Part shown: positions 19,912 to 30,172 of the stretch, piece by piece
Position numbering within the stretch: position 1 is the stretch's first letter
How the letters are laid out: each line of letters starts with the position of its first letter
Source: Candidatus Latescibacterota bacterium
GTDB taxonomy: Bacteria > Latescibacterota > UBA2968 > GCA-2709665
NCBI GenBank assembly: GCA_965208835.1
Contig: OZ242358.1
Span: 3,488,001 to 3,552,000, forward strand
Direction of reading: 5' to 3'
Length of the DNA stretch: 64,000 nt
Made by a program: the position numbers and the translations under genes
The notes under the pieces: model-generated
Database searches by the model: none
The model's input: only the letters and a program-made list of their open reading frames with translations
What the model was told of the DNA's origin: nothing

Positions 19912-20931
19912 ATGAAGACCGAAAGACTCGGCCGAACCGGACTCGAAGTCCCAATTGTGGGCCTGGGTACCGGCTTTATCGGCATCGCTGACGCCAACCG
20001 CGCTGCGACCGAATACGACTTCATGGAATCGTGGACCACGGATCGGCCCATGTCATCCAGAGAAGTCTCCCCGCGGTCCAGCCATATGGAGGCCGAACTG
20101 GGAATTGCAACGGTGCACGCGGCGATCGAAGCGGGCTCCACGCTGATCGACACCGCTCCACTGTACGGTTCGGGCAACAGCGAATCCATTATCGGCGAGG
20201 CCCTCCGGCAACGCCCCGACCTTGCGGAACGGTGCACGGTCACGACAAAGGTCGGGCAGACGGCGGCCGGGCCGGACCATTCCTACGACGCCGTGATGCG
20301 GCATGTCGAGGCGAGCCGGCAGCGGCTGGGAATCGACGCCTTCGACGTCCTCTACATCCACGATGCCATGGACATTCCCAGCGAGGAAGTCATGGGAAAG
20401 GACCGTGCACTCGGCGCCCTGCGAAAACTCCAGGATACGGGCGTTACGCGTTTTGTCGGTACCGCCACCAATGACCCCCACACCAACGCCTGGTACATTG
20501 AAACGGGGGAATTCGATGCCGCCGTGGTTCCCGAGGCGCTCAGCCTGATCAATCAGCTTGCGGAAGACCGGATTCTGCCGGCGGCGGTCAGACACGACGT
20601 GGGTCTCGTGATTGCCACGCCGGTTGAACGGGGACTGCTTGCCACAGGCCCGACGGACGGCATCAACTACCTCGCACGCAGCTTCAGCCAGTCCTGCCTG
20701 GACCACGTGGCAAGCGTCCAGGACCTTTGCAACGGCCACGGCGTACCGCTGGTTGCGGCGGCTCTGCAATGGTGCACGCGTCATCCGCAGGTGGCCGCCA
20801 CCATACCCGGCGCCCGGGTCCCGGCGGAAGCACGGGCGAATGCTGCCGCCGGAGACGTCGAAATTCCTGAGACATTCTGGAAAGAACTCGCCCCCCTCAT
20901 CCGCCACTTCGAAGCCGACGTTGACCGGTAA
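19912..20931 (+). CDS. Aldo/keto reductase
   Basis: LGRTGLEV..VGLG, IDTAPLYG.G.SE..IGEAL, TKVG, DVLYIHD, AALQW, TIPGAR. Confidence 0.92.
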   Translation: MKTERLGRTGLEVPIVGLGTGFIGIADANRAATEYDFMESWTTDRPMSSREVSPRSSHMEAELGIATVHAAIEAGSTLIDTAPLYGSGNSESIIGEALRQRPDLAERCTVTTKVGQTAAGPDHSYDAVMRHVEASRQRLGIDAFDVLYIHDAMDIPSEEVMGKDRALGALRKLQDTGVTRFVGTATNDPHTNAWYIETGEFDAAVVPEALSLINQLAEDRILPAAVRHDVGLVIATPVERGLLATGPTDGINYLARSFSQSCLDHVASVQDLCNGHGVPLVAAALQWCTRHPQVAATIPGARVPAEARANAAAGDVEIPETFWKELAPLIRHFEADVDR

Positions 20932-20938
20932 CCGTCTC

Positions 20939-21829
20939 ATGTCTCTGAAACTGACCCTTCTTGGCACCGGCACCCCGACCCCGCTTGCCCATCGTGCGGG
21001 CTCAGGCTATCTCGTGACGTTCGACGATGAGGTCCTGCTGTTCGACTGCGGACCGGGTATTGCAAGACGCCTCCTCGAAGCGGGAGTACCTCCCGAAGCG
21101 CTGACACGCCTGTTTCTTACCCACCTCCACTACGATCACAGTGTGGACTACGCGTGCATCGTGCTCACGCGCTGGGACCAGGGCGCAGGAAAGGTCCCCG
21201 AGCTCCACGTCTACGGACCGGCCCCGCTGAAACGCATGACGGAGAGGCTCCTGGGGTCCGATGGCGCCTTCGGGCCGGACCTGGAGGCGAGGACACGGCA
21301 CCCGGGAAGCGAGTTCGTCTACGAACGGCGCGGGGGAATCCTTCCCCGGAAACGCCCCGAGCCCATCGTCACCGAAGTGGCGGACGGCTCGAGCATTCAG
21401 GCTGGAAACTGGCAGGTCGAAACGGCCGAAGTCGTGCATGTTCAACCGCAGCTTACGTGCCTGGCCTACCGGCTGGACACCCCGTACGGAACGGTCGTCT
21501 TCGGCGGAGATACGGCGCCCACGGGCAGCCTTACGGACCTGGCGCAGGGCGCGGACGTGCTCATCCACATGTGCCACTTGATCAACGATGTGGAACTGGA
21601 TCCGCGCATCACGGGATGCTGCTCCGGACACCTGGACGCCGCGCGGACCGCCCGCGATGCGGACGTCGGCACGCTGGTCCTGACCCACATTACCGAACAG
21701 CTGGAACCGCCCGGCATCCGGGAGCGCCTCGTGGCCGAAGCCGCACACATCTTCAATGGGCGGATCGTCTTTGCGGAGGATCTGACTGACGTATCCGTGG
21801 GTGCCGTCGACCCGGAGCCCATCCGATAG
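20939..21829 (+). CDS. Metallo-beta-lactamase fold hydrolase (RNase Z/arylsulfatase-like)
   Basis: LTLLGTGTP, LFDCGPG, THLHYDH, FGGDT, ADVLIH, LVLTH; start ATG 20939 (ORF track over-extended). Confidence 0.9.
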   Translation: MSLKLTLLGTGTPTPLAHRAGSGYLVTFDDEVLLFDCGPGIARRLLEAGVPPEALTRLFLTHLHYDHSVDYACIVLTRWDQGAGKVPELHVYGPAPLKRMTERLLGSDGAFGPDLEARTRHPGSEFVYERRGGILPRKRPEPIVTEVADGSSIQAGNWQVETAEVVHVQPQLTCLAYRLDTPYGTVVFGGDTAPTGSLTDLAQGADVLIHMCHLINDVELDPRITGCCSGHLDAARTARDADVGTLVLTHITEQLEPPGIRERLVAEAAHIFNGRIVFAEDLTDVSVGAVDPEPIR

Positions 21830-21895
21830 CCGGTACAAACCGGCCGCGATCGACCCGCCTTCAGACAAACGACTCTTACTTCAAGAGGTTTCCAG

Positions 21896-23260
21896 GTGAA
21901 AGCCATCATCCTGGCCGCCGGCAAAGGGGACCGCTTCTATCCCTTCAGCCACTACCGGCCCAAACCCATGTTTCCCATCTGTAACCGGCCCTTGCTGGAG
22001 TGGAGCGTCGAACGCATCGCCGCCGCGGGCATCACCGACGTCGGCATCGTTGTCGGCCATCGGCAGGGCCGGATACGCAGCCACTTTTCCGACGGCCGCC
22101 GGTTCGGATGCGGAATCACCTATATCGAACAGGGGGAACAACTCGGCACGGCCCACGCCGTATGCGCCGCCGCAGGATTTATCGGGAGCGACGACTTCCT
22201 TGTCGTGTACGGCGACCTCTTCTTCGAACCGACGGTCCTTTCTCAACTCCTGGACGCATTCAACGGCCGTTCCATTGCCGCCGTACACCACAGCGAGCAG
22301 CTCAACCGTTGCATCCGCATTGAAACCGATACCGCGGGAAATGTCGTCGATTACACGTGGAAGCCCCGTTCATCCACCGGCACGGCGCTGTCGGGCCTGT
22401 TCGTTTTCAAGAACGAGGCGCTCCAGGACCTTGGCAATACGTCGGACTTTGTTACCAACGTCCAGAACGGTGTCACACCCCCGGAGGGCCACGAGATCGC
22501 CGATGCCCTGGCGCTCATGAACCGGGAAGGCCGGGCCGCCGCCGCCGTCGGCATTGACGGTGTCTGCTTCGATATGGACATGCCCTGGGAGCCCCAGTCG
22601 GTCTGCCGTCTGGCCGTACGGGAAATGGCCCTGCGCCTGCAGGCCTCCAGTATAGCCGCCACCGCGCGGGTCGATTCCGATGCGCACATCGACGGCCCGG
22701 TGTTCGTGGACGAAGGCGCGACCATCTCAAAAGGGGCACGTATCAGCGGACCCGTCTGGATCGGCAGAAACACGCACGTTCTCGAAGGCTCCCAGATTTC
22801 CTCGCACACGGTCATCGGTGACGACTGCAGAATCGGGCCCTTCGCGAAGGTCTCCGGCTTTGTCGACCGCAACAACCACATCACCTTTCTGGGAGAATTC
22901 AGCGGCGTCATTCTGGCGGGCGGCCGCATTACCCACCAGATGCAGATCGCCGGCATCTACGGGGAAGGCGCGGAGTTCGGGGCCGGCACCCAGGTGGGCA
23001 CGCTTCGATTCGACGACGGGCCGACGCAGGTGGAAGTGAGGGGCATCCGTCATCCGGCGCCAGGTTTTTCGGGGGCCCTGTTCGGCGACTACGCACGCAC
23101 CGGTGTAGGAACCATACTGATGCCGGGCCGCATTGTCGGCCCCGGCGCCATGGTCGGCCCCGGCGTGGTTCTGATGAACAACGCGCCTCCGCACAAAGCC
23201 GTCATCCTGAAACAGCAGCATCAGGAAATCGACTGGGGACCGGAGATTTACGACCATTGA
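21896..23260 (+). CDS. Sugar-phosphate nucleotidyltransferase with left-handed beta-helix (GlmU-like)
   Basis: MKAIILAAGKGDR..P....PKPMFPI, QLGTAHAV, FLVVYGD; hexapeptide repeats in the C-terminal half. Confidence 0.85.
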   Translation: MKAIILAAGKGDRFYPFSHYRPKPMFPICNRPLLEWSVERIAAAGITDVGIVVGHRQGRIRSHFSDGRRFGCGITYIEQGEQLGTAHAVCAAAGFIGSDDFLVVYGDLFFEPTVLSQLLDAFNGRSIAAVHHSEQLNRCIRIETDTAGNVVDYTWKPRSSTGTALSGLFVFKNEALQDLGNTSDFVTNVQNGVTPPEGHEIADALALMNREGRAAAAVGIDGVCFDMDMPWEPQSVCRLAVREMALRLQASSIAATARVDSDAHIDGPVFVDEGATISKGARISGPVWIGRNTHVLEGSQISSHTVIGDDCRIGPFAKVSGFVDRNNHITFLGEFSGVILAGGRITHQMQIAGIYGEGAEFGAGTQVGTLRFDDGPTQVEVRGIRHPAPGFSGALFGDYARTGVGTILMPGRIVGPGAMVGPGVVLMNNAPPHKAVILKQQHQEIDWGPEIYDH

Positions 23261-23265
23261 GGCGG

Positions 23266-25020
23266 ATGATGCGACGGGACCATATCGAGGCAGAGATTCG
23301 ACGGCGCGCAGATGGTTACAAGCCCCAGACCCATCTGATTGCCGACTATTACAGGGTTCGGAGGAAAATCGCGTACCCCCTCCCGATCCGCGAGATCTAC
23401 CTGCCCGGATTGCCGATCCCGGGCATCCAGACGTATCCATGGGCCACCTGGATGACGTGGAGCCTGGAAGAGCGGATTCTGAGCCTCGGTTGGGCGGCGT
23501 CATGGTTCAGTGACGGGGAGGCCCGCCGGTTGGCCGTTGCCGGTCTTGACGCGCTGGCCGAATGGCCGTGCTACCGGCAGATGCCGATGCCCGACCTGAG
23601 TTCGGGTCACGCGCTGCGTATCCTCTGGCACGCCTCTACCCGCTGGGACTGGCTTCCCCCGCGCATGCGAGGGAAGATCGAGCACGCGTTTCTCCGACAC
23701 ATAGCGGACACACTCCCGTTGTCCGAAGCCAGGCATGGCGCGTATGCGTGCAAGGACGATATCCTCGCGTTGGAAGCGCCCAATACCGCGCTGCACAACA
23801 TCCCGTTCATCGGCACGGTCGGTCTCGCCCTTGCCGCGAACGGCATCTCGCACCCCGCCGCCGACACATTGAACCGCAGGCTGGAGGCGCTCCTGGGGGC
23901 GATCCTGGACCTGCGCTCCTGGGGCCATTCGGAAGGAATCGGTTACGACGGATATATCCTGGACTTCGCCGCCGATTGGCTGGATACGCTCTCCCCAACC
24001 AGACGCAACGCCCTGATGGAACATTCCCGATTCGGGGACGTCCTCGATGAGTCCATCGCCCTGGGAGCACCGGGCGACGTCGCGAATATCGCCCAGCTGA
24101 GCGACGCCGAACCCCGGGAGATGCCGTTTCATATATCCGGCCATGCCAAACTCTTCCGGCACCGGGCGTCGCCGCGTACGGGCTGGTACCTGAAACGCTG
24201 CGGCCTTCCCTGGCTGCGAGCAGACGCACTGGCGGCGCTTCACGGGATTGACGACGATCAAGAATTTGAACCGCCCCAGGCAGGGGCCATCGACGCGCAC
24301 TACGCGGTTGTACTCAGAAGCGGATGGGAGCCGGACGACCTGGCCGTGGCCATGGCCGCGAGCAACTCGAAGATGAGCCACGTTCAAAACGACAACGGGA
24401 CCATCGTCATCGGCGCACGGGGCCGCTGGCCGGTATCGGACCCCGGCTATCAGCAGTATATGAAGAAACGAGAACGCGAATTCACCCTGGGGCTCACGGC
24501 GCACAATGCGCCTGTGATCAACGGGATGGCGCAGGCGGGGAAACCGGCGGACCGACGGGTGGTTCTGCGGCGGTGCGGCGGAACGACGTATTCGGCAGAA
24601 CTGGACCTGACCGACTGCTATCCAGCGGAGCTGGCGTTGGACCGGGTCGTCAGAACGCTGTGGCTTTCAGACAGGGACCTGGTGGTCGCCGCCGACCGCG
24701 TGCGAGGCGCCTCCGTCGAGTCCGTCACCTACCACTGGCACGGACATCCGGACGCGGCCTGGTGGGTACAGGACAATATGGCGCGCATCTACGCGCCCGA
24801 CCTTACGTTCTGGATCGGCTCGCCCCAGGCCCGGATCACAGACGGGAACGTCGACCGCCTCCCCGGTTCCAGGGGCCAACTCACGCTGGTCGCGAACGCA
24901 GACCCGGCCGCACCCTGTGTCTGGTGGGTATTTGCGAAGGGCGATATTCAGCCCGTCATGACCCTGCACGATCGTGGACGCGGGATTCGCGTCGACGGCC
25001 GCGATTTTGAAAATTCCTGA
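23266..25020 (+). CDS. Heparinase II/III-like lyase
   Basis: EGIGYDGY, VVLRSGW, HVQNDNG, SDPGY..Y, TAHNAPVING motifs typical of Hepar_II_III. Confidence 0.75.
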   Translation: MMRRDHIEAEIRRRADGYKPQTHLIADYYRVRRKIAYPLPIREIYLPGLPIPGIQTYPWATWMTWSLEERILSLGWAASWFSDGEARRLAVAGLDALAEWPCYRQMPMPDLSSGHALRILWHASTRWDWLPPRMRGKIEHAFLRHIADTLPLSEARHGAYACKDDILALEAPNTALHNIPFIGTVGLALAANGISHPAADTLNRRLEALLGAILDLRSWGHSEGIGYDGYILDFAADWLDTLSPTRRNALMEHSRFGDVLDESIALGAPGDVANIAQLSDAEPREMPFHISGHAKLFRHRASPRTGWYLKRCGLPWLRADALAALHGIDDDQEFEPPQAGAIDAHYAVVLRSGWEPDDLAVAMAASNSKMSHVQNDNGTIVIGARGRWPVSDPGYQQYMKKREREFTLGLTAHNAPVINGMAQAGKPADRRVVLRRCGGTTYSAELDLTDCYPAELALDRVVRTLWLSDRDLVVAADRVRGASVESVTYHWHGHPDAAWWVQDNMARIYAPDLTFWIGSPQARITDGNVDRLPGSRGQLTLVANADPAAPCVWWVFAKGDIQPVMTLHDRGRGIRVDGRDFENS

Positions 25021-25042
25021 ACTTGATATAAGGAACCCTTGA

Positions 25043-26986
25043 ATGAACGCTTCGAAGATCTGTGACGTGCCCTTCCTGGCGCCCTCCAATTCCACCGGGG
25101 AGCTCATCTTCGACCCCGGACTCGGCCGCCGCGTACTCTACCAGTCCATGTTTTCCGCGGTCCCCGGCCGACCGCCGGCTCTGGTACGCACAGACTTCGA
25201 GCACCACGAATATGCGTCATTCGCCCAACCGGAAGGCAGGGGGACGTGGAAGGTCCGTCTCCTTTCCGACAACAAGCTCTGGTTTGGAATGAACGGTCCC
25301 GGGCAACTCGCCTGCTTCAACCCGATGACCGAGTCCTGGGAAGGCGTTCCGCCGCATCGTCCGTCCTCGAAGAACACCCATCTCACGGACGTGGTCGAAG
25401 GACCGGACGGACGATTGTACATGCCTGGCTACCCCTCCGGCAACTGTGTGAGTTTTGACCGGGGCACCGGCGAATACAGGGACGTCCCCGTGGCGGAAAG
25501 CAACCACCAGCTCTTCGCCGCCTGTGTCACCGACGGCGGAAACATCGGCATTCTTAACGGCCTCCAGCACGGCGTCTATTCGTTCGACCCCCGTACGAAT
25601 GACGTCAATGTCGTGTCGCCGCCCCACCTGACAGGCCGGCCTGATGCCTACAGCGGCTTCCTGCGGCTCGGGGACCAGTTCCTTGTCACCGTCGGCGATC
25701 CTGAGGGCGGTATTGAATTCTGTCGGTTTTCCGCGCTCGACCTCAGCTTCCTCGGTTCTTTCGTCGTGAAGACCGCGATCACGTCCGGACGGAACCTGAT
25801 GGCCTCGCCGGACGGCCGCCCTTTCCTGAGCGTGGACGACGGTTACATCTACGCCATCGACCTCGAATCACATGCGGCCGACCTCGTTTGCCGCATCCCT
25901 TACGTTCCAAGCCGCGGCAACTACTATTTCCTCGACGAGCATCGGGTCCTCTTCGCCGGCCATTCGCAGTATTACGGCATCTGCGACATCAGGACCGCCG
26001 AACTCGATCTCCACCGGACCGAGATCGAGAATCCCCCCATCGGCATCTTCTCCATCCTGCCGGCATCTTCCGGGGACATCTACTGCTCGGCCCATCTGGG
26101 CCTTTCCCTCACGCGTGTGGAACCTGAGACGAAACGGGCGGACGTGCTGGGCCTGACGTACAACGGTTCCGGCGAAATCTACGGCAGCGCCGAAGCCCGC
26201 GGCGACATTTACAGCATCTCGTACACTCACAACGTCCTCACCGTGTACAATCCGAATCGACCCTGGCGGCCCGGACCGGCGGAGGGCGACAACCCCCGGA
26301 ATCTGGGCCCGATGGGCGACGAGCAGTACCGCCCCGTCACCGGCATTCTCAATGGACCGGGCAACAGACTCTACGTCGGATCCATGCCTGACTACGGGGC
26401 CCGCGGCGGCGCGCTTTCCGTTGTCAATCCGGAAGACAACAGCCACAAGTCGTACCGGCACCTGGTTCCCGACCATTCCATCCTGGGTCTGGCCGCAGGC
26501 CCCGAACACGTATACCTCGGTACCAGCATCGTCGCGGACGGCTACATCCGGCCCGCCGAGGGCAACGCCCGCTTTCTGATTTTCGATCCGGAAAACGAAA
26601 CGGTCGTGTACGAACGGGAAATCGACGGCGCCCGGAGTCTCATCACGATGGGATGCAGCGCCGGCCGCGTCTTCTTCTGGACCGACGACCACGAGGGCGG
26701 CAGCCGTCTCTTCGGGATCCGCCTTTCGGACCGCGCCGTCAACGCCCTCAGCACTCCGTTCACCAGCGGCAGGCCCCACAACCGGCCGATGGTGGCAGAC
26801 GCGAACGGCGATCTCTACTTCACCCACGGCAACCGCATCGTCCGCCTCGACCCCGGAACCGAAACGCTCACCGTCGCGCACTCGACGGGACGCGGCCAGA
26901 ACCCCATTCTGGGCACCGCACCCGACGGGATCCTCTTTGCCCAAGGACATGAACTCTGGCGCCTTTCGCCGGAACAGCCGCAATAG
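25043..26986 (+). CDS. Multi-bladed beta-propeller protein
   Basis: Repeated GPDGRLY, SPDGRPF, GPGNRLYVGS.PDYG..GGAL and DANGDLYF blades; no signal peptide. Confidence 0.7.
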   Translation: MNASKICDVPFLAPSNSTGELIFDPGLGRRVLYQSMFSAVPGRPPALVRTDFEHHEYASFAQPEGRGTWKVRLLSDNKLWFGMNGPGQLACFNPMTESWEGVPPHRPSSKNTHLTDVVEGPDGRLYMPGYPSGNCVSFDRGTGEYRDVPVAESNHQLFAACVTDGGNIGILNGLQHGVYSFDPRTNDVNVVSPPHLTGRPDAYSGFLRLGDQFLVTVGDPEGGIEFCRFSALDLSFLGSFVVKTAITSGRNLMASPDGRPFLSVDDGYIYAIDLESHAADLVCRIPYVPSRGNYYFLDEHRVLFAGHSQYYGICDIRTAELDLHRTEIENPPIGIFSILPASSGDIYCSAHLGLSLTRVEPETKRADVLGLTYNGSGEIYGSAEARGDIYSISYTHNVLTVYNPNRPWRPGPAEGDNPRNLGPMGDEQYRPVTGILNGPGNRLYVGSMPDYGARGGALSVVNPEDNSHKSYRHLVPDHSILGLAAGPEHVYLGTSIVADGYIRPAEGNARFLIFDPENETVVYEREIDGARSLITMGCSAGRVFFWTDDHEGGSRLFGIRLSDRAVNALSTPFTSGRPHNRPMVADANGDLYFTHGNRIVRLDPGTETLTVAHSTGRGQNPILGTAPDGILFAQGHELWRLSPEQPQ

Positions 26987-27003
26987 AGAATTGGTACCCC
27001 TCC

Positions 27004-29130
27004 GTGAAGACCGACCCTGACTGGAAGACCCGAATTCGCCCGGACCACCCGCGGATCTTCGTCAACCGGGACACGCTTCCGGCAATCCGCACCCGCGCGT
27101 CGACCGTCTGTAAAGACCATTACCTCAGGGTCAGGTCTTTCGCCGCGGCGAGTCCGCCGGACACGGGATGGGCCGTCATCGACCGTCCGCCGCCGCTGCC
27201 CGACGGCACGGAAGTGCGGGACTGGGGCCACCGGATGATGTGCTCGGCTATCGTCTATCTCCTGGAGCCCACCGCCGAACGGCTGGCCCGACTCGTCTCC
27301 GAACTGCGCGCCAGCGCCGAATACTTCCACGCATGTTACGCGGAGAACGAGTCCGTTAACTGGTACGCCGCCAGCCGCGCCGCGTGCCTGGTAACCCTTG
27401 ACTGGATCTGGAATGACCTCGAGGAAGACGACCGGCGGGAGATTGCGCTGCGGCTGCTCGACCACGTGGACGAAGCTCTCCACAAACCAGGCATCCGTCG
27501 CCGCAACGGTTCCGACCACCGCAGCGGATTCTACGGCGCACCCAGCCTGGCCTGGTTCGCGGGGCTCCTGCTCCACGAAGAAGGCATCGACGATACCACG
27601 GCGGCCCGTTTTCTCGAAAAGGGCTATGACGACCACGTCAGGCTGCTGGTTCACCGCGCGTCCGCGTGCGGCGACGACGGCGGCGAAGCCTCGCCCACGC
27701 TTGGATACGCATTCGGCGAATACCCGCTGGCGCAATGGAATTTCATCCATACCCTCCATTCGTCGACAGGTGAAGACATATCCGGTAACTGGGCGCACAT
27801 CCGGATGTTTCCCAACTACGTGATCTGGAACTGGCTGCCGGGCGACCTGGAGTTCGGTTACGGCGACAACACGCATACCGACAACCGCATGCGGACGAAC
27901 TGGATGTACACGCATATGTCGCATGTTATGCACCTGTTCGGACGGACGCATCCGGAGTGGGCCGGACTCGCCCGGTATATCCGGGACACGGCCGGCGGCG
28001 GCTTTCCCCTGGACAAGTGGCCCGTCTACCCGTTTCTGCTCCACGGCCTGGACAGCGCGCCCCCTGCCGCGGGCCCGGACATCCTGCCGCCCGCGCGCAA
28101 TTTTGAAAACCTGGGGCAGATTTTCATGCGTTCCGGCTCCGGCGACGACGACACGTATGCCCTTTTTTGCGGTGGGGGCAGCCTGAGAAGTCACCGCCAC
28201 TATGACGCCACGCACTTCACCATCTTCAAAAAGGGATTCCTTGCCCTGGACAGCGGCACCCGCATGGGCAATACCGACAACCTGCAGAACTACTACGCGC
28301 AGACCGTCGCCCACAACTGCATATTGATCAAGATGCCCGGCGAGGCGCCGTCGCCCTACTGGAACGGCGAGGTCTACGGGCAGGCGGGCGGACAGAACAA
28401 GACCATCGGTTCCGAAATAACCGCCTTCGAAACCAACCCCCACTTCACCTACGTCGCCGCTGACGCCACCCCGGTCTACAATGCCGAAAAGTGCGCGCTT
28501 ATGGTCCGTCAGTTCCTCTTTCTTCCGCCGGACCACTTCGTCGTGTTCGATCGCATTACGTCCACCCGCGCCTGCTACGCGAAAACCTGGCTCTTGCACC
28601 ATGCCAACGAGCCCATGGTTGATGGCAACGCATGGAGGTCGGATCAGGACCGGGGACGCATACTCGTCCGGACACTGTTACCCGAAGACGCCACTCTCGA
28701 AAAGGTAGGCGGACCCGGCAGGGAATTCGTGGCCGACGGCGTGAACTATGCGATTGACGCCGGCCCTTCGAAGCTCATTGTTGAAAACAAATATCCGATT
28801 GGCAGAATGCACTACAAGGAGGTTCCGGAGCTGATGGGCCGATGGCGGATGGAAGTAAGGCCGGGTGCGGCCCGGAAGGAGGACCTTTTTCTGCACCTCA
28901 TACAGGTTGGCGATCAATCCCTCTGCTCGATGAGCGATGCGAAGGCGGCCGTGACCGGGGCCAAAGTGGAACTCAGCTTCAGCGATTCCGATGGTGAAGT
29001 CTTCGTTTCGTTCGCGGCAAGTGGTGAGTCCGGCGGGCGCATCACTCGATTCCGGCGTGGAGAACCCCTCGTCGAAAAGGACCTCGCCCGGGATGTTCAG
29101 GCTCAGGGCGGGCTCGCGGTACCCGACTGA
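27004..29130 (+). CDS. Heparinase II/III family lyase (heparinase II-like)
   Basis: HPRIF N-terminus, GQIFMRSG, HRHYDATHFTIFKKGFLALDSG, YYAQTVAHNCILI, VVFDR, WRMEV, FLHLIQVGD. Confidence 0.85.
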   Translation: MKTDPDWKTRIRPDHPRIFVNRDTLPAIRTRASTVCKDHYLRVRSFAAASPPDTGWAVIDRPPPLPDGTEVRDWGHRMMCSAIVYLLEPTAERLARLVSELRASAEYFHACYAENESVNWYAASRAACLVTLDWIWNDLEEDDRREIALRLLDHVDEALHKPGIRRRNGSDHRSGFYGAPSLAWFAGLLLHEEGIDDTTAARFLEKGYDDHVRLLVHRASACGDDGGEASPTLGYAFGEYPLAQWNFIHTLHSSTGEDISGNWAHIRMFPNYVIWNWLPGDLEFGYGDNTHTDNRMRTNWMYTHMSHVMHLFGRTHPEWAGLARYIRDTAGGGFPLDKWPVYPFLLHGLDSAPPAAGPDILPPARNFENLGQIFMRSGSGDDDTYALFCGGGSLRSHRHYDATHFTIFKKGFLALDSGTRMGNTDNLQNYYAQTVAHNCILIKMPGEAPSPYWNGEVYGQAGGQNKTIGSEITAFETNPHFTYVAADATPVYNAEKCALMVRQFLFLPPDHFVVFDRITSTRACYAKTWLLHHANEPMVDGNAWRSDQDRGRILVRTLLPEDATLEKVGGPGREFVADGVNYAIDAGPSKLIVENKYPIGRMHYKEVPELMGRWRMEVRPGAARKEDLFLHLIQVGDQSLCSMSDAKAAVTGAKVELSFSDSDGEVFVSFAASGESGGRITRFRRGEPLVEKDLARDVQAQGGLAVPD

Positions 29131-29192
29131 GTTCGGTCGGACGCGCCGAAGAAAGATGCCCGGTTCCATACCCTTTAACCAAGAGACGTCAA

Positions 29193-30095
29193 ATGGACGA
29201 ATTCCGCGGCATCTATCCCGCACTGATCACGCCGATGACGCGTGAAGGAGACTTTAACGAAAATGCCTTCCGCCGGCTTATGGAATACAACATAGAATCG
29301 GGCGCCCACGGTTTCTGGGTTGCCGGGGGCGCCGGTGAAAGCGTCCTGCTGGAGGACGAGGAAAACGCCCGTATCGCCGCCGCCGCCGCCAATCAGGCCG
29401 CCGGTCGCGCGAAAATCATCATGCACGTGGGGGCGGTCACCACTGTGCGCGCCGCAAGGATGGCTGAAAACGCCGCGGAGGCCGGGGTTGACGCCATCTG
29501 CGCCGTGCCTCCTTTCTTCTACCGGCCCGGACCCGACGAAATCGTCGAACACTACCGGGTGGTGGGCGCCGCGGCGGACCTTCCGCTCTTCGTCTACAAC
29601 CTTCCAGGCGCCACGGGCGTGGAGATCACCCTCGAACTGGCTGAGAATATCCAGGAGCATGTGCCGCAACTGGCCGGCCTGAAACACTCCGCTCCGGCAT
29701 TCGTAAACACGCGCCACTTCGCCAGGATGGGCCTTTCGTGCCTTATCGGCAGCGCGGCGCTGCTCCTTCCCGCACTCACCATCGGCGCTGCAGGCTGCGT
29801 GGACGGCCCCCTTGCGCTGTCTCCGGATGTGTGGGTCAATATCTGGACCGCGTACCATCGCGGTGACATCAAGTCTGCGGAGGCCGAACAGAAACGGGCG
29901 GCCGATCTTTATACGATCTTCAACCGCGCGGGATATATCGCGTCCATGAAGGCCCTGATATCCGAAAAACTCGGTATCGACTGCGGCGCCCCCCGCCCCC
30001 CGCAGCGTCCGCTCACCAGCGAGGAGAGAGCCTTCGTTATCCGGACGGCGACGTCACTGGGAATGATGGAAATCGAAAGTCAGGATGGCGATTGA
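29193..30095 (+). CDS. DHDPS/N-acetylneuraminate lyase family aldolase
   Basis: GIYPALITP, GGAGES, VPPFF, LFVYNLP, GLKHS Schiff-base Lys. Confidence 0.9.
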   Translation: MDEFRGIYPALITPMTREGDFNENAFRRLMEYNIESGAHGFWVAGGAGESVLLEDEENARIAAAAANQAAGRAKIIMHVGAVTTVRAARMAENAAEAGVDAICAVPPFFYRPGPDEIVEHYRVVGAAADLPLFVYNLPGATGVEITLELAENIQEHVPQLAGLKHSAPAFVNTRHFARMGLSCLIGSAALLLPALTIGAAGCVDGPLALSPDVWVNIWTAYHRGDIKSAEAEQKRAADLYTIFNRAGYIASMKALISEKLGIDCGAPRPPQRPLTSEERAFVIRTATSLGMMEIESQDGD

Positions 30096-30172
30096 TCGTG
30101 CCGGGCCTCGGCGATGTCCCTTTCCGGAGCTCTTTACTGCGCCTATGGACCCTAATTGAGGAGGACACACCG